Shown one piece after another: positions 59,293-64,000 of a DNA stretch of 64,000 nt; position 1 is the first letter of the stretch; each line of letters starts with the position of its first letter. The notes below the pieces were generated by a model. The model was not told the DNA's origin. It saw only the letters and a list, made by a program, of their open reading frames with translations, and searched no databases. The translations under genes were made by a program, and so were the position numbers. Source of the DNA: Eledone cirrhosa (lineage: Eukaryota); contig OZ024750.1 in NCBI GenBank assembly GCA_964016885.1, positions 47,120,001 to 47,184,000 of the forward strand. Reading direction: 5' to 3'.

Positions 59293-59358
59293 TATTTTGT
59301 CTGAAGACGGCATAACATATTGTTAATATGATATCCCTGAAATATATATAACGAAATA
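59293..59358 (+). ncRNA. Hammerhead ribozyme (family I), inverted arm
   Basis: Reverse complement of 56810-56875. Confidence 0.75.
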
Positions 59359-59497
59359 AATATGGTTTTATAAATATAGTTTCCATTTATTTAATATCAT
59401 AAATAAACTCCAAATACTTGTTGAGTGCTTTTATATCAGTTATAAATATTTACTCGTTGTTAACCCAACAATTTAAATATAACTTTCCATGTATAAT

Positions 59498-60102
<605 letters not shown>

Positions 60103-60104
<2 letters not shown>

Positions 60105-60478
60105 AACTTTGAATAACTTTGAAATGTTTTGGCCAGTATTGGCCCAGGCCATGTCTAACTTAATAGCACCACCTGGCGAAGTCTTTCAATTCAGGATTTG
60201 GGCACTATGGCCCATTCGAGAAGTGAAATACTGTTTGCGGAGACATATCCGGGTGTGGATGGTTTGTCCGGGATTACTTGGAGAAATTTGTCCAAAGACT
60301 TCTTGAATTTTGTGTGGTCAGTTTCTGTTTTGATGTGTCCTGGTGTGATGTTGAAGAGAGCAGGGCCAATTGAGGTGAAATAATTGTGCCGTATTGTTGT
60401 TATGAGTTGCGATTTAGATATTTGTTTGGGACGGATACCAATCCCACGGAACTCAACATTGCTCTTACTGATCATTTC
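60103..60478 (-). mobile_element. 3' end of a CR1/L2-group-like LINE (ORF2 C-terminus 60191-60475 plus short 3' UTR)
   Basis: RHNYFTSIGPALFN..P.......[20 protein letters not shown]; ends in tandem TTCAAAGTTA repeats at (TA)n. Confidence 0.65.
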
Positions 60479-60479
60479 G

Positions 60480-62039
60480 TGGGATTGATACCAGTGAGCT
60501 GGGACTCCTACTTAAACTTACCTATAGTAATAATTACCTAGACACACATGACCTTAGCAACCTGTGCCCTACAAGACCAGCAAGAGGCACACCACCTACC
60601 ATTACCTCAATGGCCAAGAAAACCCAAACAGATAGATGGAACGGGTGGACCAGAGCCATACGATCACCCGAAAACCACGATGAACTGAAGAAAATGATTG
60701 CACATGCGGTAGTGGCCACCATAAAACTAACGCTTAAGGAACATATGTTCAAATTTAATGGAAAGACATATGCCCAAGAAGAAGGAGCAGCCATTGGTGT
60801 TAGCATTGCAGGCGACATAGCTAACTTATTCATGGTATGGTGGGACAGTAGACTTAAACTTAAACTTAAAGAACAATTAGAAGACCCCTTAACCCTGATA
60901 ATGTACTCCCGCTACGTTGATGATATAAACATCGTAGTTAAGACACCCCCTCTAGAGAACAGTCAGGAACTAGAGAAAAACACAATGGAAAGCATCCAGC
61001 AAATAGCTAACACCATCCAGCAGAGCATTAGAGTTACTATAGCCTACCCAAGTAAACACCCCAACCATCGATTACCTGTACTAGACACATAGCTCTGGTT
61101 AGATACCATTAATAACAAAAAACAAATTCTCCATTCCCATTATGCCAAACTCATGACTTCCAAACATCTGATCCACCGAAACTCGGCCGTTTCGGACCAT
61201 ACCAAAATCAACATACTGATTGCGGATTTGGTACGGGTGATGAGAAACGTGTCCCGCATGTGCAACCCCGAAGAACTAGAGAGACACATACAACACTTCA
61301 TCCACCTTATGCAGTTCTCTGGCTACAATCAGAGAGATAAAATCAGAGTGTATAGAGGAGCCAGAACCAAATGAGGAAAAATGGTAAATAATGACATAAA
61401 TGGGACCTGCCCCTTGTATAGGAGCAAATTTTGGAATAGAATAGTAAGAACTAGGAACAAGGCTAATAGAATAAACTCATGGTATGATAGCAATAAATAC
61501 CAGAGTGTAATGTTCATCGATACCCTAGAGGTGAATTAGCTTACAAATTTAGAAGGGCCCTAGATAAACATAAACTCAATATTAAGATTGTAGAAAGACC
61601 AGGTACTTCCGTAAAACCACTTATTAGCAAGTCATACCCTTTTCAAAGACCCTCATGTATAGATAAGAAATGTATAACCTGTAAAATAAGCCCCCATATT
61701 AACTGTAAAACTAGAAATGTAGTGTATAGCATAAGATGTACTGAAGGACAATGTAGAGATAAAAAGATAGTGTACATAGGTGAGACAGCTCGTAGTGTAG
61801 GGGAACGGATAAATGAACACTGGCGAGACCTTCAAGATAGTAAAGAATCGTCTGTACTCTACCAACATGCTAAAATAGAACACAAGGGTCAAATAGAGGA
61901 CATAGAAATAAAAATAGAATCTACACACAGAAAAGACGCAATGTTTAGACAAATCACAGTGGCAATAAACATAAAAGAATTACAACCAAAATTAAATAGA
62001 AAATATCAGTGGAACAGCAACATCACAACTTACAATTGA
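60480..62039 (+). pseudogene. PLE RT-GIY-YIG, disrupted
   Basis: YAQEEGAAIG, SRYVDD, LPVLD, FSGY, CIDKKCITC..C, VVY..C....C....YIGETARSVGERINEH; stops at 61090 and 61372, frameshift at ~61525. Confidence 0.88.
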
Positions 62040-62247
62040 GGACAAAATGAAAACACAAACACACATAGAACAAACAACCAACCAGTAACATGTAAATAAA
62101 CAAATAAATAAATGAACATAAACACACACAGACACCCGGATGTGTCGCATGCGCAGACTGAGCACACAACACACACACACAGAAACAAAATGGCGTAGGA
62201 CAGAAGAAAGGAAAGGAGAGGCACAGAAACAAATAAAGGAATCCCCA

Positions 62248-62290
62248 GTCACTGAGGAGGTCACATAGTGTGTGACGAAAGAACTATGAC
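62248..62290 (+). ncRNA. Minimal hammerhead ribozyme (family L)
   Basis: GTCA-CTGAGGA-G-GTCACA TAGTG TGTGAC-GAAA-GAAC-TA^TGAC. Confidence 0.72.
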
Positions 62291-62493
62291 AATATATAAA
62301 CAACTATCTGGTTGTGGAACCAACCAACCAACCAGAAATTTATAAATTTATCATAAATTTATTATAATAAATTGAAGTGAAAGCAACTGGTGCGTGTGTT
62401 TCTTATTGGCAACATGACCCTCCCAAAGTATAACAATATCGGTTTCAACACACGATTTCAGATAAAGAATTTTGCCAAACAAATTCAGAAACG

Positions 62494-62576
<83 letters not shown>

Positions 62577-62793
62577 ATATATTTATACACATGCAAACCC
62601 GTGTATATATATATATGTATGCATCCATGCCCTTGTGCACAATATGTTATAATGTGTCTTAATGTACTATTAATAGTATAGAATTAATTTTTAAACTATC
62701 AGAAATATGTTGAGAAATACAAAATGAATTACACTGTAAGTTCTCATTTAAAAGGAATTTATATTTCAGGCCTTCGGATGTACATGTAATTAT

Positions 62794-62851
<58 letters not shown>

Positions 62852-63042
62852 TATGTGTGTGTGGAAGTGTGTGTGCGTATATGTGTGTATGTGTGTGTGT
62901 GAATGAGTGTTAGTGTATTTATACGTGTGTATGTGTGTGCTTGCGTGTATGTAATTCTGTTTGGGTGTGTAATCAGATACTCTCGGTAAATGACGGGTTC
63001 CGTCGAAATCTAATCAATAAAATAATTTCATCTTGTGTATCA

Positions 63043-63096
<54 letters not shown>

Positions 63097-63662
63097 TCTT
63101 TTTAATCAGGAAATCAACTATAGTTGAACTTTTTGAACATGAAATATATTTGTAGTTGCTTTTAGCGACTCGAATTGATTTTATAAAAGGATTTGTAACT
63201 TTAAACTCTTCTGGAGTTTGAATTTCACTTTTTTTTTAAACAATCAATTTTGGGAAAGACAGATTCATTGAAATCAAAGTAAATTTAGTGAAATTGCACA
63301 AATCAAAAATTATTTCTCAACTATGTGATTAATTTACGTTGAGTGGGGCATAAGTTAAGTGTGTTAGTGAAAGACATGTACTGTGTGACGTAGACTGGTG
63401 CGTAAGTTAAATGTGTTAGCGAAAGACATGTACTCTGTTGCAGCAACTGTTGAAAGTAGGTTTTCTGAATTCTATTTCTCTCCGAGAAGAAACTACGTAT
63501 TGTTAACTGCAGTGCAAACAGTTTCCTATGCTAGACTTGACTTCGATTTTCTCACGAATTAACCATTTCGATACTATCTAACCTAGCCAAATTGGCTATG
63601 ATCCTACACAGCTAAAGTTCTGATTTTAGCGAGTTCATATTTCAGTTAACATTTTCCAGCCA

Positions 63663-63755
63663 TTGGCGCCTAATCAGTATAATAGTAAGAACGTCGGATA
63701 GAAACATGTGCGGTATGTTTTTCCAGCACTATATTTTGAGTTCAAATCCTGCCTA
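63663..63755 (+). mobile_element. Degraded tRNA-SINE head
   Basis: AGAACGTCGGA...TGAGTTCAAATCCTGCC. Confidence 0.45.
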
Positions 63756-64000
63756 TGCCAACACTTTCAACCAATCTCGAATGGATGGAAGACAAAACCC
63801 AAATCCTCTCTCACGATCGATTCTACTACTATATCTTTGTCTCCCTTACTTTCTCTGATGTTCCCTGTTTCTCTGAATTAAATCGTCTGCTCAGACCTGG
63901 AGCAATTGAAAATATGTCAAACAAATGCCGAATATCACGATGTTAATCCAAATAATGCATCAGGTGTTAGCGGCCCAGAAAAAATGTTTTTCAAACCTAT

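Larger units (their letters stand above)
56671..59497 (-). mobile_element. 5'-truncated PLE family I with ~1.03-kb inverted arms (56671-57701 / 58467-59497)
   Basis: Near-identical reverse-complement arms; GIY-YIG C-terminus in the spacer; HHR in each arm; TA flanks. Confidence 0.9.
60480..62497 (+). mobile_element. 5'-truncated PLE of a different clade (YVDD RT, Cys-rich linker; family L)
   Basis: Coding remnant, short 3' UTR, HHR, tail, then (TA)n. Confidence 0.85.

Noticed and set aside
61372-61374. In-frame TGA in PLE-L as possible selenocysteine (known in some Naiad PLEs)
   Set aside because: Single TGA accompanied by a TAG and a frameshift; not in a Cys motif; the element has a C-terminal EN; best read as decay

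Overview
AT-rich eukaryotic repeat-dominated DNA with no recognisable host exon. It is most likely an octopod cephalopod, inferred from the tRNA-derived SINE, which resembles octopus OK/OR-type SINEs. Nearly all ORFs in the supplied track are translations of (TA)n/(CA)n/(TG)n microsatellites. The real content is: (i) Penelope-like retroelements (PLEs; RT plus C-terminal GIY-YIG endonuclease) sitting in (TA)n arrays. These are one full-length pLTR-flanked but frameshifted copy (18.8-22.0 kb), one young 5'-truncated copy with ~3.5-kb inverted arms (45.1-54.2 kb), and further truncated copies at 7.1-8.8, 13.5-16.5, 56.7-59.5 and 60.5-62.5 kb; (ii) many short PLE-terminus remnants that form hairpins or palindromes; (iii) about 24 type I hammerhead-ribozyme (HHR) motifs from roughly 11 sequence families, read by eye on both strands, most with a palindromic minimal stem III and many with a non-canonical 10.1-11.1 pair or a very long stem II; (iv) about 15 tRNA-SINE copies, piggyBac- and hAT-type MITEs, a Chapaev3-like transposase remnant and LINE fragments. 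All structures were assigned by eye; nothing was computed or searched.
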